Below, one piece after another: positions 19,149 to 28,457 of a DNA stretch of 64,000 nt. The notes beneath the pieces are model-generated. The model searched no databases, had not been told where the DNA came from, and saw nothing but the letters and a program-made list of their open reading frames with translations. The stretch covers positions 192,001 through 256,000 of the forward strand of contig CAVYKI010000012.1 of assembly GCA_963769025.1 (NCBI GenBank), in the 5' to 3' direction. Origin of the DNA: an uncultured Verrucomicrobiae bacterium (lineage in GTDB: Bacteria; Verrucomicrobiota; Verrucomicrobiia; Chthoniobacterales; Chthoniobacteraceae). How positions within the stretch are numbered: the stretch's first letter is position 1; every line of letters begins with the position of its first letter. A program made the position numbers and the translations under genes.

Positions 19149-20948
19149 GTGTCCATCCAAGCACTCATCACCGCGATGCTGGCCCTCATGCTGGCTCCGT
19201 TCGCCACGGCACAGGCCCGTCGCGACCGCGCAGGCGCGGCGCCGCCGCCGGTGGTCCCGCAGACCATCGAGATGAGGCGCGGGGAACAAATCGCCGTGCC
19301 GCTCGCCATCTACGGCGCACGCGGCGAGACGCTCGAGTTTCTCATCCGCACCCCACCCGCGCACGGACGCCTCTCCGCGGTGAAAAACACCGGGCTGAAC
19401 GCGGCGACGGTGACCTACATTTCCTCCGCACGCGGCACCGCCGATACGGATCGATTTGCATACGCGGCGCGCAGCTCCGAGGGCGTCTCGGCCCCGGGCC
19501 TGATCACGATTCGCTTCGTGGAGCCGGTGGTGATGCCGGCGAAACTGAAGGCGCCGCTCGATCTGGAATTTCCGCCGGTCTTTCCCGGGCAGCGCAGCAC
19601 GGTGGAGATGGAACTCGCGAACCAAGGCGGCGGAGTGATCGAAGGCGACGTGGCTGTGCCGGAACCATGGAGCATCGAGGGGCTGAAAATTTTCCGCCTC
19701 GGCGCGGGACAGCGCACGACATTCAAGATCGTCTTCACGCCAGCCGAGCCCGGCATCCGGACCGGTGAGGCGGTGATCAGCGGCCCCCAGCGAAAGCTCA
19801 TCCCGCTCCGCGCCTCCGCGGAGGTGCGGCTCGCGGCGACACCGACACAACTCAAACTCACCGCTCAGCCGGGCAGCCAGACGCGGATGGGCGTGCTGAA
19901 GATTGCGAATCATTCGGAGGAAGATGCGACCGTCACGGTGGATGCCGGCGCGCGCCTGCTGACGGATCGCGTCGTGAAAGTCCCCGCGCGTGGCAGTTCC
20001 GCGGTGCCTGTCTTCGCCGACGCCGTCGACGCCGCTGCCTTTGACGACGTCGTTAAGCTGAGCAGCAAGGAATGGAAGGCGACGGTCCCCGTGCGCGCAG
20101 TCGCCGTGGGTCCCATCCTGAAATTCACTGCGCCGGAAGTGAACATCACCGGGAGCGACAAAGGCCTCGAGGCAAGCGGCCTCGCAATCCTCGAAAATGC
20201 AGGCGGCGAACCGGTGACCGTTCGCCTGGACGTCGGCCGTCCCTTTGCGTTGGAGGCGCGTGTCGCAACGGCGCCCGCGCGCGGTCGCGTGGAAATTCCA
20301 ATCCTCGTGCGCGATTCCGGGCCGGGCACTTTCCGCTCGAGCCTGAAGGCGACGGGCGACGGAGGTTCCGCAGTCGTGGCGGTGAAGGCGGAGATCGCCG
20401 AGGCGCTCGCGGTGCAGACGAAAGCAAGCGCGCCCGAGACGCAGGTTGAAAAGGAGGAACCAGCGGCCGCTCCGGACAACGACGCTCGCGACACCACGGT
20501 GCCCGAGATCCCGACGGATGCGCGCGAGGTTCCGAACGGGCTGGGAAAGCTGGCCCGCAACATCGGGATGAATTCCGCATCGCTCGACTGGCCGCTCGCT
20601 CTCGGCCCAGCGGACAACGTGCGTGTCGAGGAACGGGTGCTGTCCTTCGCCGAAGGCGACACGCTGCAAGTCGGATGGTCGCCGCTCCCGAACGTGAGCA
20701 TCGCTCCCTCCGCCGAGCGCGTGGTCGCCGAGCTGCGCGGGCTCAAGCCGGGAACCTTTTACACAGTCAGGGTCGTGAGCGGAAAGGACGCGGAGGCAGC
20801 GGTGCTGTTCACGGCGGATTTTTGGACGCCCGCAAAGAAGCCGTTCTTCACCGGATCGCTTCTCACGCCGCTGCTGGTGTGCGCGCTGTTCCTTCTCGCG
20901 CTCGCGGTCTGGCGTTCGCGCCGCGCACCAGCCGCGGCTCGGAAATAA
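19149..20948 (+). CDS. Secreted multi-Ig-like domain protein with FN3-like domain and C-terminal TM anchor; start uncertain
   Basis: Signal peptide; beta-rich repeats (DRFAYAA, LANQGGG, FTPAEPG); LRGLKPGTFYTVRV; terminal TM helix. Confidence 0.6.
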   Translation: MSIQALITAMLALMLAPFATAQARRDRAGAAPPPVVPQTIEMRRGEQIAVPLAIYGARGETLEFLIRTPPAHGRLSAVKNTGLNAATVTYISSARGTADTDRFAYAARSSEGVSAPGLITIRFVEPVVMPAKLKAPLDLEFPPVFPGQRSTVEMELANQGGGVIEGDVAVPEPWSIEGLKIFRLGAGQRTTFKIVFTPAEPGIRTGEAVISGPQRKLIPLRASAEVRLAATPTQLKLTAQPGSQTRMGVLKIANHSEEDATVTVDAGARLLTDRVVKVPARGSSAVPVFADAVDAAAFDDVVKLSSKEWKATVPVRAVAVGPILKFTAPEVNITGSDKGLEASGLAILENAGGEPVTVRLDVGRPFALEARVATAPARGRVEIPILVRDSGPGTFRSSLKATGDGGSAVVAVKAEIAEALAVQTKASAPETQVEKEEPAAAPDNDARDTTVPEIPTDAREVPNGLGKLARNIGMNSASLDWPLALGPADNVRVEERVLSFAEGDTLQVGWSPLPNVSIAPSAERVVAELRGLKPGTFYTVRVVSGKDAEAAVLFTADFWTPAKKPFFTGSLLTPLLVCALFLLALAVWRSRRAPAAARK

Positions 20949-20955
20949 TCTCCCG

Positions 20956-23040
20956 CTACTCGGCGATCGCGGCCTCGACGTGCGTCTGCGACTTCGACGC
21001 GGGATCGCCGCTCTTCCAAAGTGCGCCCTTTCCGAGTTTCAGCAGGCCGGTGACATCGCCAAACGTCGCGGCCCCCGGCTGGAACCAGGGGCTGTAGATG
21101 CTCGCGGCGTCGAGCAACCGCACGCCCTTCGCATCGAGCACGGCCTTGCTCACGTAGCCGTCGGACAGCGCGCGCGCGGCGGCGGCGATGGCGGCGGTCT
21201 TGTCGAGCGCGACGAGCACGACGCCCGACGAGCGGTGTTCGTGGTCGCGGGCGAACGCGAGCAGCGTGAGCACGTCGTGGACGCGCTGGACGAAGAGCGA
21301 GTGATTGTAGCCGAACGTGAACGCCGCGGCTTCACGCGGGTTTTTCACCTTGCGGACCGGCATGTCGGACTGGCCGTCGGAAAGAAACTCACCCTGCATG
21401 AAAAGGTCGGCCGCGATGACGCTCACGCCGGCTGCGAGCAGGCGCGCCACGTCGGCGTTCGGCTGGCTGCCGTCGAGCAGCGGCGCCTTACCTTTTTCCG
21501 TCAGCCAGATCACGGTGCGCCCGTTCCATTTCTTCGGGTGGAAAAAGACGCACGGCACCGCCTCGTGACGGGCCTCATTGGTCACGACGCCGCGCATGAG
21601 CAACCAGTCGCCACGGTCCTCCTTTTTGAACGTCGATCGATCCATCGCGGCCTTCTCGCCGGCGAGCGGTCGGGCGACGATTGCCTCAAGAGCCGGCCGC
21701 GCGATCTTTTCAAAACCGGCGGCGAGGTTCTTGTCGGTGTCTTCCTTCGACCACTTCAGCAGCTTTTTCTCGAAGTCCGGGCCGGCGGCGGGCGCGGGAT
21801 GCTGTGCGTCCCATACGGTGAGCTGGTCGCGCGTGAGCGGCTCGTAGTCGCGCTCCTTCAGCCACTCGCCGGCGAGGCCGAGGCGGAAGTGCGTGTTGAG
21901 GAAATCGTAGATGTGCTCGCGCGTGACGAGGTTGTAGTTGTGCGGATGATCCGGGTGGTCGAAGAGCTTCACGCTGTCCGGCGCGCCCAGGTTTTTCCAG
22001 TGCTGCGCGAGGTCGGGGAAGCCCTTCGTGGAGAGATTCACCGTCCAGTCCTTCGCGGTCGTGAGGCCCATCGGCTTCGGCGCGAAGAGCGCGGCGAACT
22101 CGATGTTGCCGGTGCCGACACGCAGCAGGCTCGCATTTTCGCACGTGCAGCCGCCCTGCATCGCGGTGCTCACCATCACGCACGGCACCGAAACGGTGAT
22201 GCGCGGATCGAGCGCGGCGAGGATCATGGACTGCGTGCCGCCGCCGCTCGCGCCGGTCACGGCGAGGCGCTTCGGGTCCACGTCGTCGAGCGCGGTGAGG
22301 AAGTCGAGCGACCGGACGTTATTCCACGTCTGGATGCCCATGATGTTCTGGCTGTACGTCTCCGCCTGCGGCGAAAAGAGGCCCCATTTTCCGGGCTCCG
22401 GCGAGATCATCTCCGGCCGCTGAACCTTGAAGCCGTGCGCGATGGCCGCGGCGATCTGCTGCGAGTCGCTGTTGCCGAGCATGTCGCTCACGAAGGCGAC
22501 GCAGCCCATGCGCGCGAGTTGCACGCCCATGGATTGGAAAATTGTGCGCCCGCCGATCAACGAGCGTTCCTGACCGGCCTCGATTTCCTTCTTCAGTGCG
22601 GCATCCGCCTTTTCCCAAAAGCGCGCGTCCTGCCAGTGCCCGTGCGTGACGATGACGGCGGGATGTTTTCCCGGCTGGCCTTTGGGCCGGTAGAGATTCC
22701 CCGTGTGGAAGAGGCCCGGCATCGGCTCGAAGTACACTTTCTCCACCGTGTAGCCGTCGCGTTCGACCTTGCCGTGGATGACGGCGTTCAGCGGCGTGCG
22801 CGTTGGCTCCGGCCAGAGGCCGAGGGCCACGCGCATCTGGGTCTTCAGCGTCGCGGCGCGATTCTCCCACACGGCCTTCGAGTCCGGCGGCGACCACGGG
22901 AAATAGCCGTCGAGGTCTTTGAGGGGCTGCAGGCGGATATCGTCGGGAAGCGATGCCGCGGGCAGCACGCGGGGCGACTCGGCGGCGAAGGTGAGAAACG
23001 ACGTGAGCGCGGCGATGGCGCAGAGGGGGAATGCTTTCAT
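20956..23040 (-). CDS. Secreted acetylxylan esterase-like alpha/beta hydrolase
   Basis: RDGYTVEKVYFE, GASGGGTQ, QGGCTCEN, HNYN motifs; second degenerate hydrolase domain. Confidence 0.8.
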   Translation of the reverse strand: MKAFPLCAIAALTSFLTFAAESPRVLPAASLPDDIRLQPLKDLDGYFPWSPPDSKAVWENRAATLKTQMRVALGLWPEPTRTPLNAVIHGKVERDGYTVEKVYFEPMPGLFHTGNLYRPKGQPGKHPAVIVTHGHWQDARFWEKADAALKKEIEAGQERSLIGGRTIFQSMGVQLARMGCVAFVSDMLGNSDSQQIAAAIAHGFKVQRPEMISPEPGKWGLFSPQAETYSQNIMGIQTWNNVRSLDFLTALDDVDPKRLAVTGASGGGTQSMILAALDPRITVSVPCVMVSTAMQGGCTCENASLLRVGTGNIEFAALFAPKPMGLTTAKDWTVNLSTKGFPDLAQHWKNLGAPDSVKLFDHPDHPHNYNLVTREHIYDFLNTHFRLGLAGEWLKERDYEPLTRDQLTVWDAQHPAPAAGPDFEKKLLKWSKEDTDKNLAAGFEKIARPALEAIVARPLAGEKAAMDRSTFKKEDRGDWLLMRGVVTNEARHEAVPCVFFHPKKWNGRTVIWLTEKGKAPLLDGSQPNADVARLLAAGVSVIAADLFMQGEFLSDGQSDMPVRKVKNPREAAAFTFGYNHSLFVQRVHDVLTLLAFARDHEHRSSGVVLVALDKTAAIAAAARALSDGYVSKAVLDAKGVRLLDAASIYSPWFQPGAATFGDVTGLLKLGKGALWKSGDPASKSQTHVEAAIAE

Positions 23041-23133
23041 CGGTCGCGACAGTGGCAGGCGTCGGAACGGGCGGCAATGCCGGGATGAAGATTGCGTGTT
23101 GTCTTCCCCGTCGGCATGCGGTTGAAATCGCTC

Positions 23134-23610
23134 ATGTTCAGTGGCTCAGTACCCTTTGCGCGTCGGGTGAACACGGTTGCAGGTTTGGAAACCCTGGTCG
23201 GAATCCATGTGACCGGCGAAGTGCCGGAGGTGTATTGGGCGGATTCGCACAGCAATTTTCTATTCGTCAGCGAACGCGAGGCGCGCGAAGCGGTGAGCGA
23301 CCCCTACTACCAGCAATTCCTCCCCGACGTGGATTGGACGCAGACCGCGATCCGGGAGGTGAATATCTACCGTTCGTATTGCTCGGACCCGGCTGCGCTC
23401 TGGCTGGTCATCGAGAAGACGTCGGAGCGTTATGGCGCGCTCAACGTGGTGAAGAAGCAAGGACGCTGGCGGGCGTCCTTTGGGGGCACCGGAGGCAAGG
23501 AAGCACGGACCGCGGCGGTCGCCGTCTGCCTCGCGGCTCTCAGGGCCGCTGATCTCGACGTGGACATCGACCACGACCGCGTGGATGCCGACCTGAGCTG
23601 CAGGCCGTGA
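23134..23610 (+). CDS. Hypothetical protein resembling the phage ABA-sandwich domain; start uncertain
   Basis: YCSDPAALWLVIEK and ARTAAVAVCLAALRA resemble the YSTDIAAAWxVVEK...TAPLAICLAALKA pattern as I recall it. Confidence 0.5.
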   Translation: MFSGSVPFARRVNTVAGLETLVGIHVTGEVPEVYWADSHSNFLFVSEREAREAVSDPYYQQFLPDVDWTQTAIREVNIYRSYCSDPAALWLVIEKTSERYGALNVVKKQGRWRASFGGTGGKEARTAAVAVCLAALRAADLDVDIDHDRVDADLSCRP

Positions 23611-23635
23611 AGACGCCGGGGCGCGGCGATAGCCG

Positions 23636-24262
23636 CTAGCGGGCGGCCGCGAGCAGGCGATCGAGACCGTCGAGGCATAGCTGCGACCACGTCTCCAGCG
23701 CGTCGCGGCGGGCGCGGAGTTCCGGGATGGTGAGGAAGCCCGACTCCGTGATGACGGCTTCGCGCTTTCGCGCCGCGTCACTTTCCAGACGGAAAATGTG
23801 CACCACGCCGAGGTGGACCTTCCCGACGTCGTTGGAGTCGTCGTTCAGGAGCGCGACGGTGTGGTTGGTGTATTTCGTTTCGATGAAGACCTCCTCTTCG
23901 ACCTCACGGCGAACCGCTTCGTTGTAGTGGTCGCGATCGAGATTGTGGATGCCGGGAAGATGCTCATCGCTATCGTTCATGTGCCCGCCGATGCCGAGGC
24001 TCCCCTTCGCAACAAGGCGCTGCTCGCCGGCCTTTTTGCCGCGGACGTAGTGAAACACCGAGTCGCCGTGAACCAGCAGCACGTAGGGGATGATCTGCTT
24101 CAGATCGGGATTCGTCTCCGCCGGGCCACGCGCGGTGAAGAAGTTGTTTTTCCGGGCCAGCAGCACGGGCAGGTAGCGGTCCACCTCGAAGCACAGCCCC
24201 TGGAACATGCCGAGTTCTTCGAGCAGCGGGCGGCGGACGACGAGGATGTTCTCTTCTTTCAT
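23636..24262 (-). CDS. Predicted NUDIX-family phosphoesterase
   Basis: AETNPDLKQIIPY, SLGIGGHMN, RREVEEEV, VGKVHLG, LETWSQ motifs. Confidence 0.85.
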   Translation of the reverse strand: MKEENILVVRRPLLEELGMFQGLCFEVDRYLPVLLARKNNFFTARGPAETNPDLKQIIPYVLLVHGDSVFHYVRGKKAGEQRLVAKGSLGIGGHMNDSDEHLPGIHNLDRDHYNEAVRREVEEEVFIETKYTNHTVALLNDDSNDVGKVHLGVVHIFRLESDAARKREAVITESGFLTIPELRARRDALETWSQLCLDGLDRLLAAAR

Positions 24263-24348
24263 CCCTCCCGTTTAACCGGGCTGGCGATTTTTGAGACAAA
24301 AAAATCGAACGGCGACGCCCTTTCGAGTGACAACATGTCTGCTCCCCT

Positions 24349-24843
24349 GTGCAAAACGAACCTTCTCCCGACGCGTGGCGCGACTGGCTCCGCCATCATG
24401 GCGCCCGCTTTCTCCTTTATGCCCGGCAGCAGACCCGCACGGAGTCGGATGCCGAAGACATCATGCAGGACGCCATCGTCGAGTCGTGGCAGCGCGCAAG
24501 CGGCATGCCCTCGGACGCGCTCGTCTTTTCCACCATCCGCCGACGGGCGATCGATCTCGCGCGGAGCAGTGACCGGCGCCATGTCCGCGAAGAGGAAGCC
24601 GGCGGGCCTGCCGTGGAGTGGGCATCGCCGGATATCGAGGAACGTGAAACCCAACGCATTCTCGCCGAAGCCGTGAATTCGCTGCAACCCAACTACCGCG
24701 AAGTGGTGACCCTGAAGGTCTGGGGCGGCCTCACTTTCCAGGAAATCGCCGAAGTCACGGGAGTCCCGCTGAACACGGCCGCCTCGCGCTACCGCTACGC
24801 GATCGAGGGGCTGCGGGAGAATTTGAAAGGAGTCGTGCTGTGA
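24349..24843 (+). CDS. ECF RNA polymerase sigma factor
   Basis: DAEDIMQDA region 2; REVVTLKVWGGLTFQEIAEVTGVPLNTAASRYRYA region 4. Confidence 0.93.
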   Translation: MQNEPSPDAWRDWLRHHGARFLLYARQQTRTESDAEDIMQDAIVESWQRASGMPSDALVFSTIRRRAIDLARSSDRRHVREEEAGGPAVEWASPDIEERETQRILAEAVNSLQPNYREVVTLKVWGGLTFQEIAEVTGVPLNTAASRYRYAIEGLRENLKGVVL

Positions 24844-25307
24844 GTGACATCGATCCCATCGAAGATGCGCTGCGCAAAATGCGGCCCGCGGAACTGGAAC
24901 CCTCGCTCATGGCGCGGCTTTCCGCGGCGCGTCCGCGCAAGGAAACGCAGCCGACGCATTCCGCATGGCGCGAGGGGCTGCTGCGCTGGTTGCTGCCGGT
25001 CGCGGCGAGCGCATGCGTGGCCGTCGCGACGTTCCTTTTGCTCGAGCGCACCCGCACGCCCGATGTGCGCGAAGGCGGGGCGGACGGCATCACGTCGGCG
25101 GGCTCGCCGCTGCCGGTGGAGAGCCAGGATTACCTCGTGAGCGCGCAGCCGGTCGGCATCGTCGTCGCTCCGAACCAGCAGCCTTACCGGATCATGGACG
25201 TGCAGTGGCTCGAGTATCAGACGGTGCGGGAGCGCTCCGACGGCCCGGCGCTCCATACGGCCACGACGCGGCGCGACATCATCCCCGTCGCTCTCGAACT
25301 TTACTGA
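24840..25307 (+). CDS. Putative single-TM anti-sigma factor
   Basis: GTGA overlap with the sigma gene; short N-terminal domain, one TM (WLLPVAASACVAVATFLL), extracytoplasmic C-terminus. Confidence 0.7.
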   Translation: MSDIDPIEDALRKMRPAELEPSLMARLSAARPRKETQPTHSAWREGLLRWLLPVAASACVAVATFLLLERTRTPDVREGGADGITSAGSPLPVESQDYLVSAQPVGIVVAPNQQPYRIMDVQWLEYQTVRERSDGPALHTATTRRDIIPVALELY

Positions 25308-25332
25308 ACCCTCAACAACCGAACCCCACATC

Positions 25333-26358
25333 ATGAAAACGAAAATCCTGACCCAGACCATCGCCGCGCTGCTCGTCGCGCTCCCCGTCGTGCATGCCGA
25401 AGACCAAAAGGCGGAGGAGAAGAAGGACGCGGCCAAGCAGGGCAAGACGAGTTCATCGTCATCCGTCGTCACGTCCGCCGATGGAACCGCAACCGTGACC
25501 ATCGACATCAACGGCAAGAAGGAGACGCGCACCTTCAAGCTCGGCGACGGGAACAACACGTTCACCTTCGGCAAGGAAGGCGACGGCGCGAAGGCGGCGG
25601 GTGGCGGGAAAATGCAACCGGTCAAGGAGCAGGCGAAGCGCGAGAAGGGCCCGTGGGTCGGCATCGCGATGGAGCCCGTGCACGACGTCGTCCGCGCGCA
25701 GCTCTCGCTCGCGCCGGGCGAGGGAATCGTGGTCAGCCATGTCGCGCCGGACAGCCCCGCGGCGAAGGCCGGTCTGCAGCCGAACGACATTTTGCTGCGC
25801 TTCGAGGACCAGATCCTCCTCGAGCCGCTGCAGCTCCGGAAATTGATCGCCATGAAGAAGCCCGGCGACACGGTGAAGCTCGGCTACCTGCGCAAAGGCG
25901 AGCGCAAGGACGCGAGCGTGACGCTCGTGGAACACGAAATCGAGCCGATGGAGAACAACCCGGCGCAGTGGCTGAAGGGAATGCCCGGCTTTCCGATGCT
26001 GCCGGGGCCGGGAATGGAAAACCGGCTCGAGCGTTTCCAGGAACAGCTCAAGCAACTGAAGGAAAAGCATCCCGGCGTGATCGTGGACAAACGCGAGTGG
26101 TTCAGCGGAGCGCCCGAGCAGATGCTCAAGGGCCCGATCGAAAAACTTCTGCGGGGCCTGGAGGATTCGAAGCTTCCGAAGGACGAAATCGAGAATCTCC
26201 GCAAGCAACTGGAGAACGCGAAACGCAGTTCCGAGGAGGCGATGGAGCACGCACGCCGTGCGGTGGAAGAAGCATCGAGGGCGCTCAACGAAGGACGAAA
26301 GCCGTTCGAAAAGGAGAAGAAAGGCGAACAGCCGAAGAAGCCCGGCGAGCCGCTGTAA
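25333..26358 (+). CDS. Secreted PDZ-domain protein with coiled-coil tail (no protease domain)
   Basis: Signal peptide; PWVGIAM...VAPDSPAAKAGLQPNDILL...PGDTVKLGYLRKG PDZ. Confidence 0.85.
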   Translation: MKTKILTQTIAALLVALPVVHAEDQKAEEKKDAAKQGKTSSSSSVVTSADGTATVTIDINGKKETRTFKLGDGNNTFTFGKEGDGAKAAGGGKMQPVKEQAKREKGPWVGIAMEPVHDVVRAQLSLAPGEGIVVSHVAPDSPAAKAGLQPNDILLRFEDQILLEPLQLRKLIAMKKPGDTVKLGYLRKGERKDASVTLVEHEIEPMENNPAQWLKGMPGFPMLPGPGMENRLERFQEQLKQLKEKHPGVIVDKREWFSGAPEQMLKGPIEKLLRGLEDSKLPKDEIENLRKQLENAKRSSEEAMEHARRAVEEASRALNEGRKPFEKEKKGEQPKKPGEPL

Positions 26359-26384
26359 GGCGGAACCGATCCGCCAGCGCGATT

Positions 26385-26831
26385 TTACCGGTGCCTTTCC
26401 TCCGGCAGGAGGAATGCGCTTTTGATCACATTGATGCGCGGCTCGCCGTCGCCGACGACGACCTCGACGATGTCGAATCGGAAGTTCACCTCGGGCCGGT
26501 CGAGCAGCCGCAGCCACGCGCGCGCGCCGCGTGAGATAAGCTCCTCCTTCGCGCGATCCACGGCGTCGGCGGGGCGTCCAGCCTCCTCGCTGGTGCGCGT
26601 TTTTACCTCGGCAAAGACGAGCGTGTTCTCCACGAGGTCGCGAAGCACGAGGTCCACCTCTCCCCCGCCCTTTGCGCGGAAGTTCCGGTAGAGCACCTTG
26701 CAGCCGTGCCTGCGGAGATGGCGCTCCGCGAGCCGTTCGCCGCGCCGGCCGAGCGAATGCCGCGGGTCAGAGGGCGAGTTCCGCCTGGCGAACCGGGAGA
26801 AAAGACCGGCGATGGATTGGACAAGGCCCAT
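26385..26831 (-). CDS. yraN: YraN family protein
   Basis: LGRRGERLA, RNFR..GGEVDLV, FAEVKTR, RFDIVEV motifs. Confidence 0.9.
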   Translation of the reverse strand: MGLVQSIAGLFSRFARRNSPSDPRHSLGRRGERLAERHLRRHGCKVLYRNFRAKGGGEVDLVLRDLVENTLVFAEVKTRTSEEAGRPADAVDRAKEELISRGARAWLRLLDRPEVNFRFDIVEVVVGDGEPRINVIKSAFLLPEERHR

Positions 26832-27384
26832 GTTGCTTGAGCGCTGCGAGGTGTTGTGGCGTGCCGTAGCCCTTGTGCCGGGCAAAATCGTAGCCGGGGA
26901 ATTTCGCGCACATCTCTACCATCAGCCGGTCGCGCGTGACCTTCGCGATGACGCTCGCCGCGGCGATGCTGAAGCTCAGCGCGTCGCCCCCGACGAGCGC
27001 GGTCTGCGGCACGGGAAAAGGGCGCACGGGAAGCCCGTCGATGAGCACGTGCTGCGGCTGCGGAGTCAGCTTTGCGACCGCCCGGCGCATGGCCTCGTGA
27101 GTGGCGCGGAGGATGTTCAGGCGGTCGATTTCATCGTGCTCCACGATGGCGACCGCCCAAAAGATTTTGCCGTTTCCAGTGAGCTCGCCGTAGATCGACT
27201 CACGCACAGCCTCGGGGAGTTGCTTGGAATCGTTGAGTTTCCGATGCCGAAACTTCTCCGGCAAAATCACCGCCGCGGCGACCACCGGCCCGGCGAGCGG
27301 ACCCCGGCCGGCCTCATCCACTCCCGCCACCAAAAGCAAACCTCGCGAGCGAAGGTCAGCTTCACGCGCGAGGTTGCAGGCCAT
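26767..27384 (-). CDS. rnhB: Ribonuclease HII
   Basis: AGVDEAGRGPLAGPVVAAAVIL, DSK, IAAASVIAKVTRD, HKGYGT motifs. Confidence 0.97.
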   Translation of the reverse strand: MACNLAREADLRSRGLLLVAGVDEAGRGPLAGPVVAAAVILPEKFRHRKLNDSKQLPEAVRESIYGELTGNGKIFWAVAIVEHDEIDRLNILRATHEAMRRAVAKLTPQPQHVLIDGLPVRPFPVPQTALVGGDALSFSIAAASVIAKVTRDRLMVEMCAKFPGYDFARHKGYGTPQHLAALKQHGPCPIHRRSFLPVRQAELAL

Positions 27385-27409
27385 GGGAATGGCAAATGGT
27401 AGATGGTGC

Positions 27410-27793
27410 TTACGCGGCCGCGGCAGGCGCGACCTCGGCCGTTTCGCGCGCCTTGTCCTTCACAGCCAGCGCGGCCTTGCCGGTGCGGTTGCGGAGGTAG
27501 TTCAACTTGGAACGGCGCACGCTGCCCTGGTTTTCGACCGCGATTTTCGAGATGCGCGGGGAATGCAACGGGAACACGCGCTCCACGCCCTCGCCGTAAC
27601 TGATGCGGCGGACGGTGAAGCTGGCGTTGATGTCCGTGCCGCGGCGGGCAATGACGACTCCGGTAAACTTCTGGATGCGCTCCTTGTCGCCTTCCTTGAC
27701 GATGGTGTGGACGCAGATGGTATCGCCGACATTGAACCCGTTACGGTCCGACTTGAGTTGCGACTTGTTGATTTTTTCGATGATGTTCGACAT
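27410..27793 (-). CDS. rplS: 50S ribosomal protein L19
   Basis: EGDKERIQKFTGVVIA, FTVRRISYGEGVERVFPLHSP, VRRSKLNYLR. Confidence 0.97.
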   Translation of the reverse strand: MSNIIEKINKSQLKSDRNGFNVGDTICVHTIVKEGDKERIQKFTGVVIARRGTDINASFTVRRISYGEGVERVFPLHSPRISKIAVENQGSVRRSKLNYLRNRTGKAALAVKDKARETAEVAPAAAA

Positions 27794-27876
27794 AAGCCCG
27801 GTTGGGTTCAAAAAGGGGCGGCGTATTTACCCGATCCGCACCGGCACGCAACCGAAATCTCCGACCGCCTTCCGAC

Positions 27877-28356
27877 ATGGATGAAATCATCGACCTGCAC
27901 AGCGACCAATACTTCATGGGCGAGGCCCTGCGGCAGGCGCATCGGGCGTGGGAGCGCGAGGAGGTGCCGGTGGGCGCGGTGGTCGTCCACAATGGCCGGA
28001 TCATCGCCCGCGCCTTCAATCAGGTGGAGACCCTGAAGGACGCGACGGCGCATGCGGAAATGCTCGCCATCACGCAGGCCGAGGCCGCCATCGGCGACTG
28101 GCGACTGAGCGAATGCGACCTCTACGCGACCAAGGAACCCTGCCCGATGTGCGCCGGCGCGCTCGTGCACGTGCGGATGCGGCGGGTGATTTTCGGCTGC
28201 CCCTCGGCAAAGGACGGCGGCGCGGGAGGCGTCGTCGATCTGCTGCGGCACCCGAAGCTGAACCACCAGTGCGAAGTCACCGGCGGCGTGCGCGAAAAGG
28301 AATGCGCGGAGATGCTCAAGGCGTTCTTCCGCGAGCGGCGCGCAGAGCAGCCGTAG
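27877..28356 (+). CDS. tadA: tRNA adenosine(34) deaminase
   Basis: EVPVGAVVV, TAHAEM, EPCPMCAGAL motifs. Confidence 0.93.
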   Translation: MDEIIDLHSDQYFMGEALRQAHRAWEREEVPVGAVVVHNGRIIARAFNQVETLKDATAHAEMLAITQAEAAIGDWRLSECDLYATKEPCPMCAGALVHVRMRRVIFGCPSAKDGGAGGVVDLLRHPKLNHQCEVTGGVREKECAEMLKAFFRERRAEQP

Positions 28357-28370
28357 GCGCGGGAGGGTGA

Positions 28371-28450
28371 TCCGCAGATTACGCAGATTTTCGCAGAGCC
28401 TCGGAAACGGGATGCCTCAAAAGTCTGCGCCCATCTGCGGAATCTGCGGA
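28371..28450. repeat. Intergenic inverted element built from ~9-bp CGCAGATT units
   Basis: TCCGCAGATT-ACGCAGATT-TTCGCAGA facing TCTGCGCCC-ATCTGCGGA-ATCTGCGGA between convergent tadA and queA. Confidence 0.8.
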
Positions 28451-28457
28451 ATCTCCG

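Noticed and set aside
23092..23610. Prophage
   Set aside because: Single phage-like domain only; no integrase, structural genes or att sites
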